64,000 nucleotides of DNA from Eledone cirrhosa (taxonomy: Eukaryota), in contig OZ024740.1 in assembly GCA_964016885.1 (NCBI GenBank), positions 273,358,001 through 273,422,000 on the forward strand. The letters are read 5' to 3'. Under the pieces are notes generated by a model, which saw only the letters and a program-made list of their open reading frames with translations, was not told where the DNA came from and ran no database searches. Shown piece after piece: positions 1 through 13,400 of the stretch. The position numbers and the translations under genes were made by a program. Each line of letters opens with the position of its first letter. Position 1 is the first letter of the stretch.

Positions 1-499
1 TGGATAGTTTTGTCTGTAAAACCTGTCCAGTGTTTCTTTACTGGGACATTCTAACCACATGTCCATAGTATCGGAGCTGTGATCTCTCAATTAGGAGAAG
101 TAGTGGCTCTACCAGGAGTGACTCTCTGATCTCAGAGATATGCAATTTATCGAGTAACTGTACTCCAAAGACCCTTGCAATTTATGAACTTAATTCAGCC
201 CCGAGATATTTGAACTTCTCTATTTGTTTCAAGAGAACAGCATTCAAATGTATATAAATTTGAGGGACTTCTGTCCATCCATCTGTCACACAATACGTGT
301 GTGTGTTTGTGTGAATGCATGTGCGTGTAAAAGTAAGGAAGGAGATACACACATATATATATATATATATATGACTCTAACTTAAAAACAGTGACACACA
401 CACGTCTATAATTTAAGAACGCCGACAAACTCACAGGCGCACACATACACACACTGTCCTATTACCCCTTAAGAGCTTTGGCCCGGGCAAATTGACTCT

Positions 500-870
500 C
501 ACTTTTAGAACCATCTGGGATGTCCAGAATTGTGCTCTTGCTGAAGAGGCAGGTGCCTTATCTAGGACATCACAGTTAGTGACTCTTTTGCTTCGTCCCA
601 CATCCTGGATGCAGCGGTAAGGGCGAGAGCTACAGCATCCCCAGCTGAGCGGAACAAAATCCTAAAATACCGTGAGCTAACTACACACTCCAGCCTGTGG
701 CGTTCGAGACGTTTAAGGGAGTCGGGCTACTGACAGCGAGGTTCTTATCTTCACCGGGGGCTCTCCTAACAATGGTAACTGGTGATGCTCGTGATGGCGC
801 TTGGTTTGTTCCAGCACCTCAGTCTCACCACCACTTGAGGTAACTCTGCCAGCGTGCTGGCTTGCCTCAA
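500..870 (+). mobile_element. CRE-clade non-LTR retrotransposon 3' fragment (restriction-like endonuclease region), degraded
   Basis: Manual translation from ~581 with frameshifts: DSFASSHILDAAVRARATASPAERNKILKYREL..QPVAFET..GVG..FL..VTGDARDGAW..HLSL...GNSASVLA. This matches the CRE-type C-terminal pattern (DT.A.SH, AE..K..KY, P.A.ET.G, GN.ASVL). Confidence 0.7.
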
Positions 871-1445
871 CAGTTATTAGAGAGGTTTCCCAGTGTTCCT
901 CGCTATATTGTTATCTCTTACTCTGGTAGCATATTGATGTATGTGTTCCTAGATGTGTGTATTACCTGCTTGTGTCTTTTTTTTCTCTTTCTTCGTTCCC
1001 TTTCCCTTTCCTTTGTATACATTATATCTGTTTGTGTTTTTGTTCTGTAAGCATTATATTATTATATATTTTTATACAACTGTAAATAAGTCTGTAACAA
1101 CAAATGAGTTTTAAAAAAAAGAGTTAAACTGTGTTGTTAAAAGGTTTACCCTTCATTTTACTCTCTCATTTCCAAATTTATCGAACGCTGTTATCATGCT
1201 GTGTGTGACTGTATGTGTATGTGTGTGTTTGTGTAAATGTATGTATTTGTGTGTTTGTGTGAATGCATGTATGTGTTTGTGTGAATGTACATGTATTTGT
1301 GTGAATGTATGTCCGTGAGTGTGTATTTTTGTAAGTGTCTGTATTTGAGCAATTGTACTTATATACTCATACATATAAATGTATGTATATGCACATACAC
1401 ACACACACCTACACATGCGCTTCCTAATTTCTTCATCTTTCTTTT

Positions 1446-1503
<58 letters not shown>

Positions 1504-2189
1504 AGATAGTCACTCTATGTATCTGTATCTCTCTTTTTCTTTCTCGCTCTATTCATATATATATATGGTAGTTGAAGTGGTGGTGGTGGCGATATACCAG
1601 CAGCCAGCAGTGTTGAAATTTGAAACTTTTAACATAAGTGAATCATGAAATAAGCAATAAAGTTATTTTCAATCAAAAGTTACGAAATTTAGTACATTAA
1701 TTATATAATATTCATTTATTATATATTCAAAGTAATCCAACTTATTTTACTAATGGGTTAACATAATATAAGCAGGTCATAATCCCGCACTCCTTTTATT
1801 ATATTTAAGATTATTTAGATGTTGCGTTTATATTTTTGTAAATTCGTTCTTACATTTCTTGTATGACGTCTTCTACTTCCGAATTTTCTGTATAACAGGT
1901 TTATAACATCTCACCAGTTTGTACGTCCCTTTTACCATTTCTTGTTTTCTAATGTATGAAATATAATGCCTGTAATAGCCATCGGTGAATAATAAATGAA
2001 AACCTTATCCACCACCCCTACCTCCTCATCGTCATCGTCATAATCATTATTATCCCTGTCCCTAAGATGTGTGTAGCATTGGGTATTTATGGACGTGGGA
2101 AGAGTATAGTTTCCTCCTGATAGTGTACTGCATGCTTTTGTTTTGGCATGATGTATAAACTATTGCTTCGTATGATATTTTAATGGTTA

Positions 2190-2380
2190 TTCTGCTGCTT
2201 ATTCTGTTTGGATAGTTTACAGTCCTTTTATTGTTTCAATATATTTTATCATACCTAGTCCTCCAATTATTGATGACACTGCTTTTACTTTCCTGTTTCA
2301 CATCATTTATATTTCAATTTCAAAATGCTTGTGTTTGGATAGTTTTTTCAATTATTTTCCTGGAATGTGTTGGTCAGAAG
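2190..2380 (-). mobile_element. R4/Dong-like non-LTR retrotransposon C-terminal fragment
   Basis: Minus strand reads KKLSKHKHFEIEI*MM*NRKVKAVSSIIGGLGMIK..IQ, resembling EKLSKYKDLEIEI.RMW....VIPIIIGALG of RLE-type LINEs. It abuts an (ATT)n tract. Confidence 0.6.
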
Positions 2381-2637
2381 AAATTATTGTAGTTGTTGTT
2401 ATTATTATTATTATTATTATTATTGGCGACCTACGTAGTAAATCGTATCATCGTGAGCTCCGCAAAGGTTTGTTATTTTCAGTTGTTCAAAATTGCCATT
2501 CATGGAAAATTTTATTGTTAGCTGTATATAAGTGCACATACATTGTTATCTGAAAAGGACACCCAAAAAGATTGGGGCCTTGAGCCCAAAATTTAAACTT
2601 TTATAATTATCAAAAAAAAATTTTTCTTTGAAACATC

Positions 2638-4283
2638 ATGGCTGACTCAGAGTCACTCCTTTCTCACAAACTAACACCTCACACCGACACCACCATTGTA
2701 AATATTACTACGTTTGCCAACACTAAACATATAAGCAGTAGTAATATTTTAAATTTGTCTCAGGCAGGTGATAAAGCCGCCACCCCACCCCCACCACCAC
2801 CGCGACAACCACCACCCCCACCACCACCCCCACCACCACCGCGACAACAGAAACAAATGAAAAACATAAATTAACTCGTGATATCGAAATGAATTCAACC
2901 AAAATGAACTCTTCCACACCGAAAACCACTGACGCCACCACCACCACAACTGAAACTAAAATTAATAATACCAAATAACGATAACAACAACAGCAACAAT
3001 GACATTAAGAAAACCACCCTGAGTTTTGGCAGAGTAGCAAAACAGTGCGAAGCATTTCAGGTAACTCAGGAGGAATTAGAAGAAGCCAAAAAAATGGTAA
3101 AGAAAGATGGGAACAGAGTCAGCCCCCCCCCCCCCCACCTAATAAAATGGAGCATCGGCGCCTGTGCACCGTGTCTTATCGAACAAATAATATGAAATCG
3201 CGCCGAGTGGAACGGGCATCCGAGTCCCAAATCCAAAAAAGCTTTGGGACATGTGTGGGCAAAAAAAAACCCACATCATGTGGGCAGAAGTATGGAACCG
3301 TGGGTGTGTTCTTTGAAACACCAGAGGAGGCTAGAGAACACTCCATGGCCCCATTTAGAAGTGATTACTTCACACTCGTCCCAAGCTATTGTGGCCAGAG
3401 CCTCGTAAAGATCAGGGTCACATACGTTCCACCGGCCATCGAAATTCCCTGTCTAATAGCTGCCGTCCTCGCCAGCATCGAAGCCAAGACCGAAATAGCG
3501 AAAGAAAAGTAGGAGAATTGGTCTGGATCTGGGATGGAGCTCCTGATCCAAGCGGACCAAAATAGCATTGAGGTGATCCCAGAGGTAATAGACCTCACTG
3601 ACGGCAGCCACCTCACCATAATCGTCGAGGGCAGAAGACCTAGGTGTGTCGTTTGTGGTGAAGGAACCCACCTAAGGGCTTTCTGCCCTCAGGCTAAAAG
3701 GTTGAGGCCACCTCTCCTACCCACCCCAGTGACTCAACCATAAACACCACCAGCAGCAGAGATGGCAGCAACAACTGTAGCAGCAACAACAGAAGCAACT
3801 GTAACAGCAACAACAACAGCAACAGTAGCAAAACCAACACTACCACCACCCAACGCGCCAGAACTAGCACCAGCGCCTACATCATCCACCACGCCACAAC
3901 CAAAACCGACGCCTGTGGAGGATTTTCCACTCCGCGGCCTATCACAACTGGAGACAGATTGTGACGACGAGGAGTGGGAAACGGTATCAGGAAAAAAGAA
4001 AAAAAGAAACCAAAAAGAAAAAAATTCTCTTCCCTCCCCCTCCAAAAACAAAATACAGAGGGAAACAAATAAACTATCAAACAAAAAAGTTCGGACAGAT
4101 ATGCCACCATCCACACCAGCATCACCAACCCCATCACCACAAACACCAACACCATCACCGTCATTAACCCCAACACCGCCATCACCAACACCACAAAGTC
4201 ACCAAAAAGCGAAACAGAAACAAACCCACAACAAACGCAAACAAAACAAAACAACCAACACGATACACATTACACAGTATTAA
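2638..4283 (+). pseudogene. LINE ORF1 (gag-like) remnant
   Basis: Broken ORFs at 2638, 3045, 3534 and 3762; zinc knuckle CVVCGEGTHLRAFC; Pro/Thr-rich linker and EWETVSGKKKKR motif typical of ORF1 proteins. Confidence 0.75.
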
Positions 4284-4304
4284 ATTTGAACAACAACCGG
4301 GCAA

Positions 4305-6514
4305 ATGTGTGAAGCTTTTCAACGACACTTCGCACAGCTGTTCGGGGGCTGCGGCAGGCCGGATCGAGGGATGGACTTTAGTGTCTACCTCGACGGACTG
4401 CCGCGGCTCTCGGCCACTGAGGCGGAGTGTTGCGAAAAACCGATAACAGCCGCTGAAGTACGGGAGGCAATGACTGGCTGCACAAGGGGTAAATCGCCTG
4501 GATTGGATGATCTGCCCTATGAACTTTACGTACAGATGCCAGACTTGTTCGGAGGCCTCTTGGCGGACGTCTACTGCAACTGGCAACAGAAAGGGAGAAT
4601 ACCCAGCTCTGTGAGTCGAGGAGCTGTGGCGCTGCTGAGAAAGGATCCGAACAAGGGGGATAACATAGATAATTTCAGGCCCATAACTCTGCTAAACACA
4701 GAGTTCAAGATTTTGGCCAAGGTGCTAGCAAAGAGGTTGGCGCTTGTCGTTTGTGGTCTGGTGGGAGAGGCGCAGACATGCGCCATTCCCGACAGATCCA
4801 TCCACGACAACCTCCACCTCATGCGATACATCGTAGAGAGGGTAGCTAAGGAACCTGGCACGGGTCGGTCCTTGATCAATTTAGATCATTCGAAAGCTTT
4901 TGATAGGGTCAACCATCGTTACCTAACGGCAGTCCTGAGGGTGGCTGGCTTTGGACCCGTCTTCAGAGGCTGGATCGCTGCCATGCACAGCGACATCTGC
5001 TCTGTGGTGAGAGTGAAAGGTCACCTTTCGGAACCGTTCAACATCATGCGCTTGGTCCGCCAAGCATGTCCCCTCTCGTCCCTCTTGTACGTATTGACTC
5101 TCGAGCCATTACTGCACAAACTGGAGACGTTGAGGGGGGTCCCGCGCGATCTAGGATGCGGAAGATCCGTGTCAGCATATGCGGACGATGTCACCGTAGT
5201 CGTGTCGAACGCCAAACACATCGAGGCGATCAGCACTACACTAAGAGATTACGAAGTGGTGACAGGAGCAATGATCAACCAGGAAAAGTCAGTGGGCCTG
5301 CAGCTCGGCACCTGGAGAGGCAGATCCATGCCGTCCAACAGCGTCGTCGGGCGCTGGACGGACGGACCGGTTAAATTGCTAGGGGTCTGGTTCGGTCCGG
5401 ACCTCCAGACGGACAAAAACTGGGACGAAATGACGAGCAGGGTGGCTTCTCTCTCCCAGAAATGGGCGGAGGGAAAGCTATCCCTCAAATGTCGAGCGGA
5501 AGTGGCTAACGCGTACATCGCGTCCGTCATCTACTACGGCCTGACCGCGCTGGAGCGTTTGCTCTTTTGATTTTTGTGGAAGGGACGCGCTCCGATGGTC
5601 AGGCGGTCCATCTGCTGTCAACACCCGCTACGTGGAGTGCTGGGCATGCCGTGGCTGATGATGCGCAGACACGCGCTCAGGCTACGACATCTCCACCTCT
5701 TCCTCGACGGTGATCAGGTGAGGTCGCCGTTTGCTAGACACGTCTTTCCCCAGCTCGTCTCCTTGACGGAGCTGCAGTCCTGGGTCAAGCGAAGACCGAG
5801 AGGGAGCCCTTGGAGACTGGAATGTCTTCAGGCGCTCACAGCCCTCGACCAATCAGGCAATGTGATCGGTGGAAACTCCACCTTGGCGTTCTATAGGGGT
5901 TTAGTGGAGGGGAAGAGCGACGACGTACTTGGATAAACTCTAGGGGTCGACGAAAATCAACTAGCCAATCTCTTCGGAAGGACTTTCGGGCCGGGGCCTA
6001 TGGACAACTGCCAGAAATCCCAGGCCTGGCAGTGCTACCGAGGGGCTTTGCCAGTTCGGGATAAACTCTACAGGCATGGAGGTGCCGTCAGCCGAACATG
6101 TCCGAGATGCACGCAGGGCGACGAAACCGTCCTGCACGCACTCGTCCAGTGTCCGAGCATTGCTGACTTGTGGGTTTATGTCGAACACCTGCTGTCATGT
6201 GTAGGACGGATCCAACTATCAGCTGAGTCCATCGTGAGGATTGCCCCGCCCTCTTCCTTTAGCCGGGAAGGCAGGCAGTTTTTATCTGTCTGGTGGCCAT
6301 GGCGAAAGAGATAGTATGGTGGACACGTTTGAAAGGGCTGAAGACGAGCACTTACCTCTTCGGTGATGCCCTGATTAACTTTTTCAAATTTCATTTGAAA
6401 AGGAAAATCAGGGTAGAGAGGGAAGTGCTCACTTCCCAGCATTTTGCTGAAAGATGGGTGAGAGAAGCAAGTATGGCCCGAGTGAATGGGCCTACTCTGA
6501 GTATCTGTCTGTAA
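4305..6514 (+). pseudogene. LINE ORF2 reverse transcriptase remnant
   Basis: Motifs KSPGLDDLPYE, NFRPITLLNTEFKILAK, LDHSKAFDRV, RQACPLS, YADD, KLLGVWF and CPRC..ETVLHALVQC. In-frame stops at ~5568 and ~5934 and a frameshift at ~6290. Confidence 0.93.
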
Positions 6515-7365
6515 ATTAAAGGTGGAAAACTGGGAGAGGGCACTTGCCCTGGTGGTCAGGGTCACTGTGGCCTTTTAATGGGCTTTCTCCACAAATGTCC
6601 CTTGGAAGTCCCCCCCCCCCCCTATTGGGGAATTTTTCATTGTTATTTTTTGTTACATCCTCTGTTTTTGTTTTTTACACGCAGAAATGCCCATTTGTAC
6701 CGTCCTGCATTGTCCTGCACTGTCCTTAATGTCTACTTTATGTAAACCCTTGTGGTTAATAAAGAAATCATTATATTTCAAAAGTAGAAACAATTATTAT
6801 TATTAGTAGTATTATTAATATTATAGCAATCCAACTCGAAACTCCATTTTTAATGAACTAACGACAGAAACATAAACACACATTTGCTAAACCACCCAAA
6901 ACTTAATTATCACCGCTCTCCTTCAGGAAGTATACATATCTACTTGCTGAACACCACCCCTGTCTCATCCTATACCACATCCCAACTTCAAATTTCAAGT
7001 CACTGTTAACTCTGTAGTATACCTGACTCATCAGCTGGTCGATTACCATTTAAATGTAAACGTGTGTGAGAATTATTTAAAATAATGCCCTTAACCTTAA
7101 AACTAGCACTCAACCTAAATCTAATGACTGTCACTAAACCTAACCCCTTATTAATGAAATATTTGCTCGTTAGATTACACATTGTAACATTTTTTGGTGG
7201 GGTGGTGGAGTGTTTTGATCCTTTTTATATATTTTTCCATAGCAGTTATAGTGTCTAAATGTGGTTGACAATTTATAGATAGTGTAACATTGGATAAAGT
7301 TTAAGTGATCTTGGGCTCTATTACAATGTACGGTTGAATGTAATAAACATCTTTGCTAGTCATAT

Positions 7366-7443
<78 letters not shown>

Positions 7444-7545
7444 AGGTGTCTATGAAGCCATATGAGATATGCTTATGTACATTAAACATATATTTAAATT
7501 TACCTCGCAGAAAATCCACCGGGTGTTGTTTGCAACTCTGAATTA

Positions 7546-9290
7546 CACCGTGTAACAAAAACCTTTTTTTTTTTTCTCTGTTCCTGGCTAGTAATCACTT
7601 TTTTGTGTTGCTTAGGTCCCAAATAAATTTTAAAAAGTCATATTAAACAGTTAAGTTTTGGGGTTTGTAAAAATTCTAAGCTATTCACTGGAATTATTTG
7701 TATGCTGGATTTTACGTTGTATGTAAGTTTAATTTGCTTATGTTAAATGATTTTTTATATATGTTTCAGGTTAAATTAAAATTATAAAATAAAGATTAAT
7801 ACCTAAAAAAAATTATAAAAGTGTTATAAAGTATAAAATTGTTAAAAAGTGGATTAAAGAGATTTATTGATACTGAATTTTCGCACCCTGAATAAAGGGT
7901 AAGTTGTGTTTTAAGCATTCGTCTCCAGGATGAATCAGTGGAACTTGGTCAAGGAGGAAGTACAGGTGACAAGTCAGAGAAATCGACACGAAACTTTCTC
8001 AGGCTTTTACACTCTTAGGGATGGCATCTGCTTCTGCCATGACGTGCCTGGACTGTTTGACGTTATTGAGTGCCGTTTGTGCCCAAGGAGTGGCGGCTAT
8101 TTATAGACAGCTCCACCCCAAGTTTGAAGGCTGTCCTCCTCCACAATGGAAACAAGTTCCCGATACTGCCCCTTCCTCATTCAGTCTGCCTGAAGGAAGA
8201 TTACTAGAGTGTGAAAGTGCTCTTGAAAGCTGTGCAATACAACCAGTGCAATTGGGAAATCATTGGAGAGTTCAAGATGGTGGCTTTCCTGCTTGGACTC
8301 CAAGGAGGCTTTATCAAATTCCAATGCTTCCTCTGCCTTTGGGACAGCAGAGCCACCTCTGACCACTACAAAAGAAAGAACTGGGAGCAGCAAACAGAAT
8401 TTGTAGTTGGGACCCGGAACGACATGCGGGAGCCACTGGTTGATCCCAGGATTGTGTTCATGCCGCCGCTGCACATTAAGTTGGGGTTGATGAAGCAGTT
8501 TGTGAAGGCTCTCAACCAAGAATCAGCTGCTTTTAAGAACCTTCTTGAATTCTTCCCCAAGTTATCTGAGGCCAAAATCAAAGGTGGAATTTTTGTTGGC
8601 CCTCAGATAAAGAAGATCTTTGAGTCTACCGTGTTCTCCAATAAGCTCAATAGGATTAAGAGAACAGCATGGAACTGTTTCAAGGCTGTTGTTAAGGGCT
8701 TCCTGTGCAACTACAGAGCTGAAAACTACCAGCAACTGGTGCAGGATCTGAGAAAGGCTTTTGGCGCCATGGGATGCAGGATGTCGTTTAAACTCCATCA
8801 TTCTGGACGCTCACCTGGAAAGATTCAAGCACAATATGGGCGCCTACTCAGAAGAACAAGGCGAACAATTCTACCAGGATGTGAAAGAAATAGAACGGAG
8901 GTACCAGGGCCACTACAATGAAAAAAGGATGGGGGACTATATCTGGGGGCTAGTGCGGGAATGCGACCTGGACTAGAACCGCAAATCCAGGAAATCCAGT
9001 CATGTTTGACGTGTAATAGTTGCTTTATAAGTGTTATTTGTTTTTACTTGTTTGCTTTTGATAAGCTTGTGTAATAAAATAAATATATACTCTGTTGATT
9101 TAATTATATGAACTGATAAATGAAGAAAAAAATGTGTTTTTTCTAGAAAAATATGAAAATTTAGAAATATCAAACTCCTGATCACAAAACTAAACTGCTC
9201 ATTAAATAATAGTATTCTTTTATAATAATAGGATATAACAAACCAGGAAATGACACTTAGAACCGGGAACAAAAACTTTATTACACGGTG
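7546..9290 (+). mobile_element. Chapaev3-like (CMC superfamily) DNA transposon, internally deleted
   Basis: TIRs CACCGTGTAA...TTACACGGTG and a 3-bp TSD TTA (7543-7545 and 9291-9293), enclosing a transposase fragment. Family assignment is from recalled CAC..GTG termini, TWA TSD and protein motif. Confidence 0.8.
8020..8976 (+). pseudogene. Transposase C-terminal remnant (Chapaev3-like)
   Basis: GLQGGFIKFQCFLCLWDSRA, PPLHIKLGLMKQFVKAL, GIFVGPQI and GCRMSFKLH, then after a frameshift ILDAHLERF..NMGAYSEEQGEQFYQD..ERRYQG. Confidence 0.8.
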
Positions 9291-9437
9291 TTATAAGGGG
9301 AAACAATTTTTAGAAAAATTAAACGATTTGATTTAAATACTTTAAACAAAGTAGTCGTATTTGTTTTGAAACTAAGAAGAGCTGATTTGACATTGGTTTG
9401 TTATCATCCGCATAGTATTATTTTAACTCCTATCAAA

Positions 9438-9650
9438 GGCAGTGGATTGGCAGTATTGGTAGAGTCGAACACCATGATTTGCAGCATGGAGTTACGGTCC
9501 TTTATAGTCAGTTCAAATCCCGCCGAGGTTAACTTTACTCTTCATCTGTACGAGGTCGATAAAATAAAGCACCAGTAACATAATGTGGTCGGGTTAATCA
9601 CCCCCCCCCCCCCTCTCAAATTACTGGCCGTATGCCTATACTAGAAATCA
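9438..9650 (+). mobile_element. tRNA-derived SINE family A, diverged copy with 19-bp TSD
   Basis: A-box TGGCAGTATTGGTAGAG, B-box GTTCAAATCCCGCC, core TTCATC..GAGGTCGATAAAATAAAG; TSD ATTATTTTAACTC(C/G)TATCA. Confidence 0.85.
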
Positions 9651-10289
9651 TTATTTTAACTCGTATCAGGTCAAAGTTAGAGAACTGAAAATATATCAAG
9701 GCAGTTTGTATGATTAAAGTAGAGAGACAGAGGAAGAGAGAATGGGTAAATGAGGGATATATACCCGAGAACGGAGCGAATGTTAGTCGTAAACGCTTCC
9801 ACTAAAGCTTATGTTTTTAATGTTGTGGTTATGTTTTAAGCGTTGTGGTTAACCAGCCAAATTGCCTTTTCGTGGGGAAATATATTTTAGGATGTTTGTG
9901 TGTCTCACAGGAACACACTTTAAGAAATTCTACTACAGTACAAATATAGAACAGTAATTAATCAATTAAATGTATACATGTACATTAAATTATGCATGAA
10001 AGTTCGAAATAAAAAACCTCGAATTCATGCACTGAAAATTATTTAAAAAATAAATTTTGCTGAAAAAATTGTTTAAAATAAAATTTAAATTTAAACTTGA
10101 AATGGAATTTAATTAAACAAATATGAAAATTCAAATTGTATACGGAAAAATCTTTATTTGTATTAAATATGAACTGCTAGCATCAAAATGAAATCGTATA
10201 AAAAAGAATGACAGATGAAAATAATATTCAAATAGTAAGAAGTAATTAAGTAAAGCCTTCAAACTGAAATCAGTATTTTCCTGATTCGA

Positions 10290-10321
<32 letters not shown>

Positions 10322-10829
10322 ATGAACGAGATATATATAATATATATATATGGTTGGCTTTATTTGTTTCCTTTGTGAAAAAGAATGACAATCATGAAAT
10401 TGAAATATGTGCACATATTGATCTTCGTATTATAAATAATTTCAAGACGGATAGTAGTCTTTACAGTGTGGTGTATATCAAGATATTTTAATTATTTCCT
10501 GAAATATGCATGGCATTGGAATGGATAGTTTTAAGAAAAAGATCATCAATACATTCTAACAATCAAATGTAAACATCAATGATTGTCACTGTACTTAGTG
10601 TTGTTAATTATCTGGATATTTATTTCATATTTAAATATGTGTAAATACTCTTCTCAGAAAACCTATTATGAAAATACAGAACAATAACTAAAGACTATAA
10701 CCACCCTTCCACAATATAAAAAAATATTTACTCAGAAATATGTTGGCGTCCACGATAAAATCTGTTATGTACAAAATAATAAAGTTTGTATACGTAAGAA
10801 TGACAATAAAGAATCAGCTATTAATAATT

Positions 10830-11212
10830 ATTTCTACATTATTTGGCACAAGGCCAGCAATTAACACAGTATATTACTGGTGCTTTATTTTAACGACCCC
10901 GAAAGGATGAAAGGCAAAGTTAACCTCGGCGGGATTTGAACTCCCACCATAAAGAGCCGTAACTCTCTGCTGTAAAGCATGGCGCCAGACCCTCTACCGA
11001 TACTGCCAATCCAGTTATTAATAATTGTTTCTACTTTAGGCACAAGGCCAGCAATAAACCAGTGCATTACTGGTACTTTATTTTATCGACCCCGTAAGGA
11101 TGAAAGGCAAAGTCAACCTCGGCGGGATTTGAACTCAGATCGTAAACGGACGTAACTATGCTGGAAAGCATGGCGTCCGACCCTCTACCGATACTGCCAA
11201 TCCACCGCCCTT
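10830..11212 (-). mobile_element. Two tandem SINE family A copies
   Basis: Reverse complement of the family A consensus occurs twice (~10830-11010 and ~11020-11212). Confidence 0.9.
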
Positions 11213-12264
11213 TCCAGTTATTAATAATAACAGAAGGATTATCTTCTGTTGGACGATTAATTTCTCAGACATGACCATATACTCATTTTTAAATGTAGTG
11301 TCTAAACCACTACATTATCTAATGTGCCTTTGATACATTTCAAATTGTAGGCTTTTATTCGAAGGAGACTTCGTTACTATTTCTAGTAAGTCCATAAATA
11401 CTGGTACAGATTTTGTATAGGTAAATAGAAATAGTGAAAATATAAAAAAGGATAGAACGTAATCAATATCAAGGTTTCGCAATTTAAAAATCTATCTTAA
11501 AACAAGGACTGTTTATGTGAGAAGTCTGTCAAATCTAGTGTTTCACATAGTGGCCATCGTTGAGCTAAATGATAGTAATGGGGTACAAAATTTGAGGAAG
11601 GAACAGAAACTGAAGCAACAAAAAATATCGACAAAATTATGAAAAGTTAAGCAACGGTAAAACAGGCAATCGACCGCAAACAGTATCCACCAAATAAAAT
11701 ACCTTGCAGTTAGCTAAATATCAATATTAGCAGACATCACCAAATTTAGTTTAACAAATTTGCCACCAGCTACATAAGAATGAATCCTAGATATTAGAAA
11801 CTCATGGGACTTGTGGAAAATTTCAATTAAATTTTGAGTTAATAAATTCCATCAATTTCCATCAGCTCCAAAAAAAAAATTCAAATACATTAAAGAAATA
11901 AACAAAGATATGTAAATATAGTGTCATGCATGTACTGTTGAGAGGGAAGTGAAAAACAAAATGAGTATATTTACACACACAAACATACACACACGCACCC
12001 ACACATGTATATATATATGTATATATATATTTATATGTATATATATATGTATATAAATGTATATATATGTATATATATATGTATATAAATGTTTATATAT
12101 ATATTTATACATGAGTAATATTCATGTATATATAAGTGTATAAATCTATATGCACCCATAGACTCACATATACAAATAATGTATATTATCACTCATGATA
12201 TTGCACAAAAGATTAACAAACATGTTCATACACTCAGATACACACACACACACACACACACATG

Positions 12265-12333
<69 letters not shown>

Positions 12334-12935
12334 CTGTGTGTGGTGTTTATTACAGTCTTTGCACTAATATATTTGAATCTAAAATTTCAAAATACAGCGA
12401 TCCATATGCTGCATATAGCAGAAAAGAATCGTCAGCAAACCCTCATATGTAATTATTTGCTTCTATACGAACAGCTGCCTCGCAAGTCTCAGTTTCTCTA
12501 ACCACAGGAAACATTTGTATCAATCATTATTAGTGCACTCAGTTATTTTAATCATAGCCTTATATCGTCCGAAGCATTGTGATTGAAATTACGCAGACAG
12601 AAACCATTTGGTTGCTTTTCTGGTCGATTGTCTCTCTAATCCAAAGGATCAGTTAGATCTGACTGGGATATATGTTAGGGGTTCATGTATTTATGAAATA
12701 TGTAACGACGTACACGTTAATTTCTCCATCGGAGGTTCATCCATCGGATTCTTTGTGGAATTCAATGCTGGATCCATCATTTTCCAAATACAATATGAAA
12801 GTGGAACAAGAAAATGTTTAAGTCGTCCATAGAATTTAACATCTAATTCCTTAAAAGTGTTGAAATATCAATTCCAACGACGGCGATTCATTTCTGTGTT
12901 AAAACCCATCTTCTTGTTTATGGGAACAATTGAAA

Positions 12936-13100
12936 TACTGTATTTTCCGGCGCGGAAGACGCTTCGTCGTCGAGGACGCACCCTAATTTTGAGAAGCCGA
13001 AATTTGAAAAGAAAAAAGTAAACAACCTTCGGCCTCCAGGACGCATGGTAGATTTTTGAGACTTATTTTAGGAAAAAAAGTAGCGTCTTCGACGCCGGGA
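12936..13100. mobile_element. Tc1/pogo-type MITE, right TIR truncated
   Basis: Begins TACTGTATTTTCCGGCG; its interior is the reverse complement of the 15263 copy. Confidence 0.7.
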
Positions 13101-13353
13101 GGTGTATCAAATAAAAAGAAAGGTAACATACGTATATATGTGGCACAACCCATCCATCATTAATTTAGAAAACAATGAAATGATACAGAAAATATATGAA
13201 AAAAATTAACAAACATCATTAACATATAAAATAGATGAAAGTAAAAAATCGATAAAAACATACATATGTACCATAGATGTTTATCGAAACGAAAGGCAAA
13301 AAAGAAATCTAAAATTGAATATATATATATATATATTTATATATAAATAGTAT

Positions 13354-13400
13354 ACTGTAGTGATGAAGGGTAATCACCCAGAAACACTAGTGTCTGCAGT
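13354..13400 (+). ncRNA. Type I hammerhead ribozyme-like motif with variant core
   Basis: ACUGUA-gUGAUGA-AGGGU AAUC ACCCA-GAAA-CACUAGUG-UC-UGCAGU; palindromic stem III; C3 replaced by G. Confidence 0.7.

Larger units (their letters stand above)
2425..6770 (+). mobile_element. Tx1/L1-clade LINE, near full length, inactive, APE endonuclease region deleted
   Basis: GC-richer block starting right after (ATT)n, with ORF1 pieces carrying a CCHC knuckle, an RT ORF, a C-terminal zinc finger, and a 3' UTR ending AATAAAGAAATCA without a poly(A) tail. Confidence 0.9.

Noticed and set aside
7085-7150. Interstitial telomeric repeat
   Set aside because: Only scattered degenerate CCTAA/AACCT words; no (TTAGGG)n array.
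11600-11870. Possible PLE N-terminal coding relic
   Set aside because: Only a faint resemblance, with many stops.
12600-12930. Possible coding exon in higher-complexity sequence
   Set aside because: No long frame or recognisable motif on either strand.
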